DNA from: a virus
Direction: 5' to 3' (one strand)
Length of the DNA stretch: 42,344 nucleotides
IMG/VR virus record: IMGVR_UViG_3300045988_117928
Coordinates: 1-42,344 of that record
Positions 8,232-16,653 of the stretch are shown in pieces; within the stretch, counting starts at the first letter, position 1; every line of letters starts with the position of its first letter. The notes below the pieces were generated by a model that saw nothing but the letters and a program-made list of their open reading frames with translations, was not told the origin of the DNA and searched no databases. A program made the translations under genes and the position numbers.

Positions 8232-8262
8232 GCCCGCAGCCTGGTTAACTCCAGGTGCGGGC
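8232..8262 (+). terminator. Hairpin after the low-GC cassette (weak terminator)
   Basis: gcccgcagcctgg-ttaact-ccaggtgcgggc imperfect stem. Only a weak T tract follows. Confidence 0.3.
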
Positions 8263-8390
8263 TTCAGCCATACCTAAAACAACCAGCACAACAACACACC
8301 AACCCCCACGTCACCCGCACCCCGGGATGAAGACATGGGGGTTATTTTTATGCCCACCAAACACACCCCCGCCCCTTGCCGAAGGACCCC

Positions 8391-9014
8391 ATGCCACCAC
8401 TAACACCCGCACAAATAGAACAACTAGGCCGCGCACTAACCGCCATCGAAACAATGGCACCCACCCTCACCGACATGATGACCCCCTCACCACCAGCCTC
8501 CGGGGTCAACACAGGGCGCCCACCAAAGACCCGGCAATCCCGCCCACCACTACCCATCCACCTACTAGACATCGAGTACGCAGCCGAACTATGCCTATGG
8601 GACTGGGCGCAGGCGCTAGCCTACGAAATCCAGTGCCAGCCACCAGCCAGCCGGCGCCTCGAGTGCATAGCTCGCTGGCTCCACGATCGCGTACACGACA
8701 TCGCTGAACGCGCATGGGCAGACACACTGCTCATCGAAGTTGAACACCATCGCCGAGTGATAGGCGATAGGGTGAGTCCACCTGAGCCGGTAGCGCGGCG
8801 GGAGATTCCGCAGCAAGGCTCAGCACGACAAGTCGCCGACGCACTCGCAGTACTCGGCGTGCGCGTCAGTCACACCTCACTGAGGAAGTGGGCGAAGCAA
8901 GGCGAGATACCAACAACACTCAGCGACGAAGGCGTGGAACTCTTCACCATCACAGACTGCATGCGCGCAGCCGCAGCACATCAAAGTGGCGACGACACAC
9001 GGTCGACAGGGTAG
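8391..9014 (+). CDS. Hypothetical regulator with Pro-rich N-terminus and C-terminal HTH-like segment
   Basis: ATG at 8391, in frame with track ORF 8376-9014. The C-terminal stretch ARQVADALAVLGVRVSHTSLRKWAKQGEIP resembles an HTH. Last gene before the packaging module. Confidence 0.4.
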   Translation: MPPLTPAQIEQLGRALTAIETMAPTLTDMMTPSPPASGVNTGRPPKTRQSRPPLPIHLLDIEYAAELCLWDWAQALAYEIQCQPPASRRLECIARWLHDRVHDIAERAWADTLLIEVEHHRRVIGDRVSPPEPVARREIPQQGSARQVADALAVLGVRVSHTSLRKWAKQGEIPTTLSDEGVELFTITDCMRAAAAHQSGDDTRSTG

Positions 9015-9282
9015 AACATCATGACCTGCGGTTTACAGTCCGTATGCTAAGCTACGCTTGACTGAAGCGCATGCTCTTAAACCATCTCATTTGAGATTGT
9101 GGTTTGAGAGCTTTTGCTTTACGTCAACACATTCACGATTGCCTAACACGAGTTCCGCTAACGGCAACAAACGGTCGCGGTAGAAAACCACAGAGTTTCA
9201 CCTGGACGGCAACACCCCTCCAGTAACCCCTAGAGGCCAGCCGGTAGCCCCCAGCCGCCACTCGCCCCAGGAGGTACCAGAC

Positions 9283-9582
9283 ATGCCAGGGTGGAAGTCG
9301 AACTCCCAGGGCCCCAGATCCAGAGGCGTACCAAAAGCCTTAGCAGACCAAGTCATGGCGCGCGATCACTACGAATGCCAAGCACAACTACACGGCTGCA
9401 CTGTCATCGCCAACGAAGTGGACCATGTGGTGCCGGTCTTCGAAGGCGGCCAAGATGAGTTAGAAAACCTCCGGGCTATCTGCTCGTCATGCCACAGGAA
9501 AAAGACCGCCGGGGAAGCCACCCGCGCCCGGCAGCGACGCCGCCAGCCCATATGGGCCAAGCCCCACCCAGGTCTACTGTGA
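9283..9582 (+). CDS. HNH endonuclease (packaging-associated)
   Basis: 99 aa. HNH motif: DHYECQ...HGC...EVDHVVPVFEGG...NLRAICSSCHRKKT. SD CCAGGAGG upstream. Positioned just before TerS/TerL as in HK97-like phages. Confidence 0.85.
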   Translation: MPGWKSNSQGPRSRGVPKALADQVMARDHYECQAQLHGCTVIANEVDHVVPVFEGGQDELENLRAICSSCHRKKTAGEATRARQRRRQPIWAKPHPGLL

Positions 9583-9839
9583 GGGGTGGGGGAGGACCCT
9601 CGTTTCTAGGGTCTGGCCAGGGCGGAGGGCATTGCTTCTGAGTTTGTGTACGGGTTCCAGTGTTTCGGGTGAGGGGGCGTAATTGGCGGCTGTGGTCGCT
9701 TCTGGCTGGTTTTTGCTGGGGTGGTGCTGAAAGTTGGCATAGGCGAGTTTTTAGCGCCGCTAGTGGCGTGACCATACTGTTACGTTCTATAGGTGCTGGT
9801 AGGTCGCATAAGTCGTAACGCAGATGGTAAAATGAAGGT

Positions 9840-10427
9840 ATGAAAACCACCTGTGACCAGTGCGGATGCGACTTCGATGCCACCAACCGGCGCGGCATCA
9901 CCCCACGCTTCTGTTCTACCGCTTGCCGCCAAAAGGCCTACCGTGCCCGCCAGCGCAACCGCTACCCACAGGAGATGACCAATGCCTGTCGTTGGGCTGC
10001 AGCCGACGGGAAACGCCCCATGCAGGCCAACGGTAAGCCAGCGTCATCAACCAAGCCAGAAACATGGGCGCAGTTCCGTGACGTCAAAAAGAAGCCGCAC
10101 GGTTTCATGCTCGGTGGCGGGTTCGCATGCATCGACCTGGACAACTGCTTCATTAACGGGCAACTCCAAAAATGGGCACGCCGAATCGTTGACGCCGCGC
10201 CGGGCGCATTCATTGAGCGCTCAGTCTCCGGCAAAGGACTCCACATCTTCGGATTCCTACCGGAAGGCAGGGGGCGCAACTACGGATGTGTCGAGGTCTA
10301 TTCGAATGCCCGGTTCATTCGGACAACATCAGACGTTTGGACAACGGGCAATCTAGTAAATCTTTCCAATGCAGCTTTGACCGTCCAGGCGATGAGTGCC
10401 GCGGGGGAGCTGCCGAAGAAATCATAA
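9840..10427 (+). CDS. Zinc-ribbon plus Prim-Pol-like domain protein
   Basis: 195 aa. N-terminal CDQCGC...RFCSTACRQKAYRARQ zinc ribbon. The central stretch PHGFMLGGGFACIDLDNC...ERSVSGKGLHIFGF resembles the hhDhD and SGxGhH motifs of primase-polymerase (Prim-Pol) domains. Confidence 0.45.
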   Translation: MKTTCDQCGCDFDATNRRGITPRFCSTACRQKAYRARQRNRYPQEMTNACRWAAADGKRPMQANGKPASSTKPETWAQFRDVKKKPHGFMLGGGFACIDLDNCFINGQLQKWARRIVDAAPGAFIERSVSGKGLHIFGFLPEGRGRNYGCVEVYSNARFIRTTSDVWTTGNLVNLSNAALTVQAMSAAGELPKKS

Positions 10428-10439
10428 GGAGGTGCGCCG

Positions 10440-10874
10440 ATGCCAGGGCCAGTACCAAAGCGGTCGGATCAGCGTCGCCGCCGAAATAAACCTGATGGGC
10501 TTCCAACAGTGAAGGCAGCGGGGGCGGGCTCGGTGAAGCCGTTAGCGGAAGACCGTAACTGGCATATCAGCGCGAAGCGTTGGTATCGCAGCTTAAAGAC
10601 CTCTGGGCAGTCGGTGTTTTTCGAACCATCAGACTGGGCAGCCGCACACATCTGCGCGACGATCCTGTCTGATGAAATGAAGCGGCCGGAACCGGTCAGG
10701 GCGAACATCATCGCGCAGGTTAACTCGATGATGGACTCACTGCTGACCACAGAAGGGGCGCGCCGACGGCTGCGGATTGAGCTGCAGCGCGCCGATACGG
10801 ATAAGCAGCTTGACGACAATACGCAGGCCGCCATTTTGATGATGGATAGGTACAAGAAGAACTTGGCCGGTTAG
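10440..10874 (+). CDS. Terminase small subunit
   Basis: 144 aa. The N-terminus MPGPVPKRSDQRRRRN is characteristic of actinophage P27-family small terminases. SD AAGGAGG upstream. Immediately precedes TerL. Confidence 0.7.
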   Translation: MPGPVPKRSDQRRRRNKPDGLPTVKAAGAGSVKPLAEDRNWHISAKRWYRSLKTSGQSVFFEPSDWAAAHICATILSDEMKRPEPVRANIIAQVNSMMDSLLTTEGARRRLRIELQRADTDKQLDDNTQAAILMMDRYKKNLAG

Positions 10875-10896
10875 GTGGAAAGGCGGTGACGGTCCG

Positions 10897-12519
10897 GTGG
10901 TCGCCGCCGCAGATAGACTTATCACGTTGCCGGAGGGTATTCCGGAACGCACCCTCGGATGGAACGCCCTCGCATGGGCAGCAAAATACCTACGCCACCC
11001 CAACGGCATCCGTGCTGGTAAGCGCTGGGAGTTCACGCGCGAGCAGGCGCGCTTTATCCTGTGGTTTTACGCGGTCGATGATGAAGGCCGGTTTGTGTAC
11101 TATCACGCGGCTCGTCGGCTGGCTAAGGGCTCGGGTAAGTCGCCATTCGCAGCCGTGATGGCGCTTATTGAGCTGCTTGCTCCTGTCCGGCTGGACCATT
11201 TCGACGACAATGTCCTTGGTGGTTGTGTCGGCAAACCGCAGCCCATGCCGCTTGTGCAGATTGCGGCGGTCTCCCAGGACCAGACCGAGAACACTATGCG
11301 TATGGTTCGAGCGATGGTCGCTAAGCGCGCCGCACCTCAGCTCAACCGTGACTACCAAATCGATGCGGGTAAAACACAAATCAATGTGGAGCCAGCAGGG
11401 AAGCTGGAAGTTATCACGTCGTCGGCGGCGTCGGCTGAAGGTGCGGAAGCGACGTTCATCATCGGCGACGAGCTCGAGCACTGGACGAACTCTAACGGCG
11501 GCAATGAACTGCACCGCACGCTGCTGGATAACCTCGCGAAGTCCGGTTCCCGAATGCTGGAGACACTCAACGCCTGGAAGCCAGGCACCGGCTCGGCCGG
11601 GGAGGAAACATTCGAAGCCTGGACACTGCAGGAAGACGGTCGCACTAAGTCTGACCGCAAAATCCTCTACGACGCTCGCCAAGCCCCACCAGACACTGAC
11701 CTCGCTGATGAAGCCAGCCTGCGCGCCGGGCTGGCTTTTGTGTATGAGGATTGCCCGTGGGCTGATCTGGACGCGATTGTGGCGCGTATTTGGCACCCGA
11801 AGGCGCGGCCTGATGATTCGAAGCGGAAGTATTTGAACTGGCCAACTGCGTCGCTGGATTCGTGGTGTGATCCGCAGGACTGGGCGCAGATGTCCAGGCC
11901 CGACCGTGAACTCGTTGACGGTGAGCAGGTTGTTCTGTTTTTCGACGGTTCCTTGTCTAATGACCACACCGCGTTGGTTGGTTGCTGCATGGACGATGGG
12001 CATGTGTTCACCGCTGGCGTGTGGGCACCGCCGCCGGACGACGTCGTCGACGTCGAGGCGGTGGAGGCGGGTGTGCAGCGGGCGTTTGACCGCTTCGAGG
12101 TGCTGGCATTCTTCGCCGATGTCCGTGAGTGGGAGAGCTTCGTCAAGGTGGATTGGCCGGAGCGCTACGGCGACCAGCTGCGCCTGTGGGCAACACCTGG
12201 GGCGCGGAACCCGGAGCCGATTGCCTGGGACATGCGCAGCAAGGACTTTCCGTTCACGCAGGCGTGTGAGCTTGCGGCCGCCGAAATTGTGCAGCATGCG
12301 TTCACCCACGACGGCAACCCGCTTCTGAGTGAGCATGTGCGCAACGCTCAGCGGCATCTCGGCCGTTATGGCGAGACGGTGCGGAAAGAGTCACGCGCAT
12401 CACAGAAGAAGATTGACGCGGCAGTCTGCATGATTGGCGCTCGCATGGTCTACCGCATGGTCAAATCCGACCCGTCACTTAAGGCAGAGCCGGTCGATGA
12501 CACGGCATTTTTCTACTAG
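10897..12519 (+). CDS. Terminase large subunit
   Basis: 540 aa. Walker-A-like region LAKGSGKSPFAAVMAL. Nuclease-domain acidic residues in the C-terminal half. Position after TerS. Confidence 0.9.
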   Translation: MVAAADRLITLPEGIPERTLGWNALAWAAKYLRHPNGIRAGKRWEFTREQARFILWFYAVDDEGRFVYYHAARRLAKGSGKSPFAAVMALIELLAPVRLDHFDDNVLGGCVGKPQPMPLVQIAAVSQDQTENTMRMVRAMVAKRAAPQLNRDYQIDAGKTQINVEPAGKLEVITSSAASAEGAEATFIIGDELEHWTNSNGGNELHRTLLDNLAKSGSRMLETLNAWKPGTGSAGEETFEAWTLQEDGRTKSDRKILYDARQAPPDTDLADEASLRAGLAFVYEDCPWADLDAIVARIWHPKARPDDSKRKYLNWPTASLDSWCDPQDWAQMSRPDRELVDGEQVVLFFDGSLSNDHTALVGCCMDDGHVFTAGVWAPPPDDVVDVEAVEAGVQRAFDRFEVLAFFADVREWESFVKVDWPERYGDQLRLWATPGARNPEPIAWDMRSKDFPFTQACELAAAEIVQHAFTHDGNPLLSEHVRNAQRHLGRYGETVRKESRASQKKIDAAVCMIGARMVYRMVKSDPSLKAEPVDDTAFFY

Positions 12520-12530
12520 GAGGGCACGTT

Positions 12531-13928
12531 ATGAATGAGTCTCAGGCACGTGACGCAATCCGTGCTCTTTTGCAGGACCACTCGGTGCAACGACATCATT
12601 TCGATGAAATTAACCGTGCGGTACAGCCGTGGTCAGACACAGAGGCGGCGCGGCGTATGGATGTGGCGCAGGGGAAGAACTATCACCGTCATCTGCAGAT
12701 CGCGAAGATGTCTCAGACCCCGTTTCTTGGGCTTGTGCTGGACACCTACGGGCAGTCACTCAAAGTTGAGAACTATTTCTCGGAAGGGTCGGTGCAGGCC
12801 AGGTCGTGGCACCATTGGCAGACCAACCGAATGGATGCGCGCCAAACCGGGCTGCATCGTGCGGCGCTGCAGTATGGCACTGCGTATGCGTCGGTGCTGC
12901 CGTCAACGCTCAATGGGGCGCGTATTGGTGTGCATTCACCCCGCCGGCTGGTTGCCCGCTACGGGGAGGACATGACGTGGCCGGATACCGGGGCGGCAAC
13001 GCAGACGGAATTCCCGATTATCGCGATGGTCATCGATAACGGCCACCTGTGCCTTTACGACGAAGAGCGTGTTTACTTTTTCGGAGTTGAGAATGCACCG
13101 GATGAGCCGTTGGCGTGGCGGCAGCACTACTACCTGTCCCCGGAGAATCTTCCGTTTATCGAATATCGGGAGCACAACGTTGGTGTGACGCCCATTGTCC
13201 GGTATCAGGACCGCATGATGGCTGCCGGCGAAGAAACCAACGGCATTATCGAGCACCTGCTCGCGTTGTCGGCCAGGATTGACCGCACTAACTATGAGCA
13301 GGGTGTCGCGCAGTACTGGGCGGCGTTTAAGCAGCGTTATGTCACCGGTTGGGCTCCGAAGTCGGAGTATGAGGCGATGCGGCAGGCCATTAGCGACACG
13401 TGGACGTTTGCGAACAAGGACGTGAAGGTCGGCCAGTTCGATGAGACGGACCTGACGCAGTACATCAAGGCCCGTGAGTCAAGCGTGCGTGACTTCGCGG
13501 CGGTCGCCCAGGTTCCCGCACAGTCGCTCGGAGCGAATGCGATTTCCAATATTTCTGCTGACGGCCTGGCGGCGTTGGAGACGTCTAAGGATCGTAAGGC
13601 TTCTGAGATTCAAACCTCACTGGGGGAGTCGCATGAGCAGATGCTGCGCCTGTGTGCGCACATCGCTGGCGATGAAGAAGAAGCCGGGGACTTCGCCTCT
13701 GAAGTCAAGTGGGCGGAAACATCGGCTCGTTCGTTTGCTCAGACGGTCGATGGTCTCGGCAAACTCGCCACCATGCTTGGTGTACCACCAGACGAGCTGT
13801 GGTCGGATATCCCGGGCTGGACGCATGAGCGCGTCAAGCGGGCTAGGGAAGCGCAAGCCGGCCGTGGAAGTGGCTTATTCGACGTCAATGAGCCGGACGG
13901 TGGTCAGGAGCTGCAAACCGAACTGTAG
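12531..13928 (+). CDS. Portal protein
   Basis: 465 aa. SD GGAGGG upstream. Follows TerL. Size and position are typical of a siphovirus portal. Confidence 0.85.
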   Translation: MNESQARDAIRALLQDHSVQRHHFDEINRAVQPWSDTEAARRMDVAQGKNYHRHLQIAKMSQTPFLGLVLDTYGQSLKVENYFSEGSVQARSWHHWQTNRMDARQTGLHRAALQYGTAYASVLPSTLNGARIGVHSPRRLVARYGEDMTWPDTGAATQTEFPIIAMVIDNGHLCLYDEERVYFFGVENAPDEPLAWRQHYYLSPENLPFIEYREHNVGVTPIVRYQDRMMAAGEETNGIIEHLLALSARIDRTNYEQGVAQYWAAFKQRYVTGWAPKSEYEAMRQAISDTWTFANKDVKVGQFDETDLTQYIKARESSVRDFAAVAQVPAQSLGANAISNISADGLAALETSKDRKASEIQTSLGESHEQMLRLCAHIAGDEEEAGDFASEVKWAETSARSFAQTVDGLGKLATMLGVPPDELWSDIPGWTHERVKRAREAQAGRGSGLFDVNEPDGGQELQTEL

Positions 13929-13968
13929 CGGCATCACAACAATCGACATGCGGGGGAGGTGAAGGTAT

Positions 13969-15186
13969 ATGCCAACGCAGGACGCGAAACTCCGTGATAT
14001 CCAACGCCGACTACAGCGTGACGTTGCAGCGAAGATTGATGAGTTCGGTGTGCCGATGGACACGGACGCGGTTTATGACATCACCGTTGAGTTGCACCCC
14101 ATCGTCGTGAAATACCGACAGGAGGCCTACCGCGCCTACGTCGAGCAAATGGGACTCGATATGGCGCAGCTCGGTTTAGAAGTAGCCCCAGCACGAATCC
14201 AAGGCTACGGCCCCCACGCCACCTACGACGCACTGGCTAGAGCCGCCGGTTTTGGAGAGAAACCATCAAACATCATCCTCGAGCTCGTTGACGATGAGAC
14301 CAAGGAACTCATCAAGAAATCCGTACCGGCCTTTGCATTCCCTAATCACCCGCGAGTCATCGAGCAGATGAGCGCACGCCTGACCCGCACCCTCATGCGC
14401 CATACCCTCAACGCCGGCCGAAAAGCAGTCGCAGACACCGCACACCTCGGAAGAGTCCGCAACGCAACAACCAAACGCCCAATCGGACGCCGAATCGGCT
14501 ACGCCCGAGTACTCACAGGACGAGAATCCTGCGCTTTCTGCGCAATGCTCGCCTCTCGCGGCCCCGTCTACTCAGAAGATACCGCCACGCGCCGGGCTGA
14601 TGGGCGTCGTTATCACGATGGGTGCGACTGTCGTGCGGTTCTTGTTATTGAGGGGCAACCGTGGGAAGGGGAGCGGGAGTTTCATCGGTTGCAAGCAGCC
14701 TGGCGGGAGGCAACATGGGAGGACGGGCGGCCTGTCGATAATCAGTGGAATCGGTGGCAAAAGGCGGTGCACTCAGGGAAAGTCAAGTTGAGGGCAACCA
14801 GTGAAACGCAAAGACAGGGAAAGTTAATTCTTAACGGAGTTAAGCCTGCTGCTCATGAGACGAAAACATACAATTTTTTGGTATCTCAGGGCCATGTTGT
14901 TGAGCTAATTCCGCGAAGTAATACTAGTAAAACTGCAGACTGCATGATCGACGGCATCAAGGTAGAGATAAAAGCTCCACAAGGAAGTGGTAAAGAAACC
15001 ATCTATCAATTGGTGAGAAACGGCAGTAAACAAAGTGCGACTCTAATTATTGACCTCCATCGGTCTAGCATTCCAGTTGACGAAGCAATTCTCCAGGTAG
15101 ATAGAGCGATGGCACGGTATACTCGAGTTAAGCAGGTAACTATTATCACTCGTGATCGGAAGGTGGTGAAGAAAACTCGTGGCTGA
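13969..15186 (+). CDS. MuF-like head morphogenesis protein fused to a C-terminal polymorphic-toxin-like domain
   Basis: 405 aa. Residues about 1-270 are SPP1 gp7/MuF-like, with the conserved CAFC...HDGCDC block. The C-terminal ~130 aa are encoded by a sharply lower-GC segment (about 14790-15186) carrying a D...E-I-K (ADCMIDGIKVEIK) nuclease-like motif. Confidence 0.75.
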   Translation: MPTQDAKLRDIQRRLQRDVAAKIDEFGVPMDTDAVYDITVELHPIVVKYRQEAYRAYVEQMGLDMAQLGLEVAPARIQGYGPHATYDALARAAGFGEKPSNIILELVDDETKELIKKSVPAFAFPNHPRVIEQMSARLTRTLMRHTLNAGRKAVADTAHLGRVRNATTKRPIGRRIGYARVLTGRESCAFCAMLASRGPVYSEDTATRRADGRRYHDGCDCRAVLVIEGQPWEGEREFHRLQAAWREATWEDGRPVDNQWNRWQKAVHSGKVKLRATSETQRQGKLILNGVKPAAHETKTYNFLVSQGHVVELIPRSNTSKTADCMIDGIKVEIKAPQGSGKETIYQLVRNGSKQSATLIIDLHRSSIPVDEAILQVDRAMARYTRVKQVTIITRDRKVVKKTRG

Positions 15187-15547
15187 CAGTACTTCTTTTG
15201 AATCTGATGCAGGAATTAGAGACGTAATTAATCTCTTCAAGCAAGTCGGAGAGTGCACTGCTCTTTCTGTTGATGAAGATGATGACTTGACAGTTCGGTT
15301 TGGAACTCCAGGCGGGGCCTACGTCACTGCTTTCTGGGATTTGAAGCCGGATATCGACGAGTATGAAACCGTGGTCGATGTGTATGAGCAGTCAGACAAA
15401 GGGGCAGCTTCACGACTTTTTAAATATGTGGCTACAGCTTTTGATGATAAAGCCGTATTACGAGCACCTGATTCGGCAGAAGTTATTGCGAGAGCCAGTG
15501 GCGGCCATATCGTATGGGAAAACAATACAAGTAATGGTCTGAATTAA
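15179..15547 (+). CDS. Acidic small protein, putative immunity protein for the MuF C-terminal toxin domain
   Basis: 122 aa. GTG start overlaps the MuF stop (GTGGCTGA). Low-GC like the toxin domain. Acidic composition. Confidence 0.45.
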   Translation: MADSTSFESDAGIRDVINLFKQVGECTALSVDEDDDLTVRFGTPGGAYVTAFWDLKPDIDEYETVVDVYEQSDKGAASRLFKYVATAFDDKAVLRAPDSAEVIARASGGHIVWENNTSNGLN

Positions 15548-15653
15548 ACACTTATGTATTTGAAAATACCGCTAATACGGTGAACTTTAAGTACTGCTAA
15601 ATAGCCATGGAGTAGCCACATTTGCGGGAGTGCGAGTCCCCGCCATGGCACTA

Positions 15654-15688
15654 CCCCGCACCACAAGAAGTGGTGGCGGGGTTTTCTT
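15654..15688 (+). terminator. Rho-independent terminator
   Basis: ccccgcaccac-aagaa-gtggtggcgggg stem followed by TTTTCTT. Confidence 0.6.
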
Positions 15689-15722
15689 ATGCCCGAAAAC
15701 AGATTTACCCAGGAGGTAACTC

Positions 15723-16235
15723 ATGTCGGAGGAAAACACCGCCACCGAAGCCAGCGCCGAGCAGGTGGCGCACACCGGAACCCAGGAGGAACCGGACAAT
15801 ACTGATGCGCAGCCCGTGCCCGAGCACTTCCGAAAGGAACTCGAGGAAGCACGACGCGAAGCAGCACGCTACCGCACCGAACGCAACGAACTGCGAGCAG
15901 ACGCGGAGAGCTGGCGCACACAGCAGGAAGCAGAAAAGACGGAACTGCAAAAGGCCACCGAGCGCCTAGCCAGCCAAGAAGACGCGTTCAAGGCTCTGGA
16001 GGCCGAAAACACGCGCCTTCGACTGGCAGCCCGCTACGGCATCGCCGAGGAAAACCACGACCTTCTCGGCTCAGGCAGCCCAGAAGAAATCGAAGACCGC
16101 GCCAAGCGGCTCGCAGCGATGCAGAAGGAACAGACCCGACCACCGTCAAAAACCCCGGTGGAGCAACTCGGTGCCGCAGTCCGTTCGGAGCCGGAAACTC
16201 CACCAAACGCATTCCCTGCAGGATGGCCAGTCTAA
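15723..16235 (+). CDS. Scaffolding protein
   Basis: 170 aa, highly acidic, coiled-coil (EELEEARREAARYRTERNELRADAESWR). SD AGGAGG upstream. Precedes the capsid genes. Confidence 0.65.
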   Translation: MSEENTATEASAEQVAHTGTQEEPDNTDAQPVPEHFRKELEEARREAARYRTERNELRADAESWRTQQEAEKTELQKATERLASQEDAFKALEAENTRLRLAARYGIAEENHDLLGSGSPEEIEDRAKRLAAMQKEQTRPPSKTPVEQLGAAVRSEPETPPNAFPAGWPV

Positions 16236-16278
16236 ACCCGACTGGCCATTTTCCATTTCAACCTGATTGGAGGACGCA

Positions 16279-16641
16279 ATGGCTTCCACGCCGATGCATT
16301 TCACCCCAGCAACCAACATCACCGGCAAGGCCCAGGGCGACATCGCCCAGGGCACCTTCGTCATCATCGCCGCCGACATGGAAGGGCGTAACCCCGTCGT
16401 CAAGGCAGCTACCGCCGACGCTGATGCGTTCGGTGTCGCAGCACACGACGCCAAGGACGGTGAGCACTTCACCATCTACCGCCTCGGTATCTACGAGCTG
16501 GTCGCCTCCGGCGCTATCACCGCAGGAGACAAGATCTCCACAGCCGCAGGCGGCAAGGCGAAGAAGGCAACCGACGGCCCCGTCGCCGGCATTGCTGTAA
16601 CCAAGGCCGCTAACGGCACCGTAACGGTCGCCCTGAACTAA
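16279..16641 (+). CDS. Small head protein (decoration/cement-like, DUF2190-type)
   Basis: ATG at 16279 follows SD GGAGGACG. 120 aa, Gly/Ala-rich beta protein, between scaffold and major capsid. Confidence 0.4.
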   Translation: MASTPMHFTPATNITGKAQGDIAQGTFVIIAADMEGRNPVVKAATADADAFGVAAHDAKDGEHFTIYRLGIYELVASGAITAGDKISTAAGGKAKKATDGPVAGIAVTKAANGTVTVALN

Positions 16642-16653
16642 GGAGGAAACACA

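Noticed and set aside
8255-8707. 150-aa Pro/Thr/Arg-rich + ORF overlapping 8391-9014
   Set aside because: Low-complexity translation in an alternative frame of a CA-rich region. The overlapping frame has a plausible ATG and an HTH.
10990-12357. 455-aa minus-strand ORF antisense to the terminase large subunit
   Set aside because: Opposite to a confidently identified TerL. Arg-rich, low-complexity translation.
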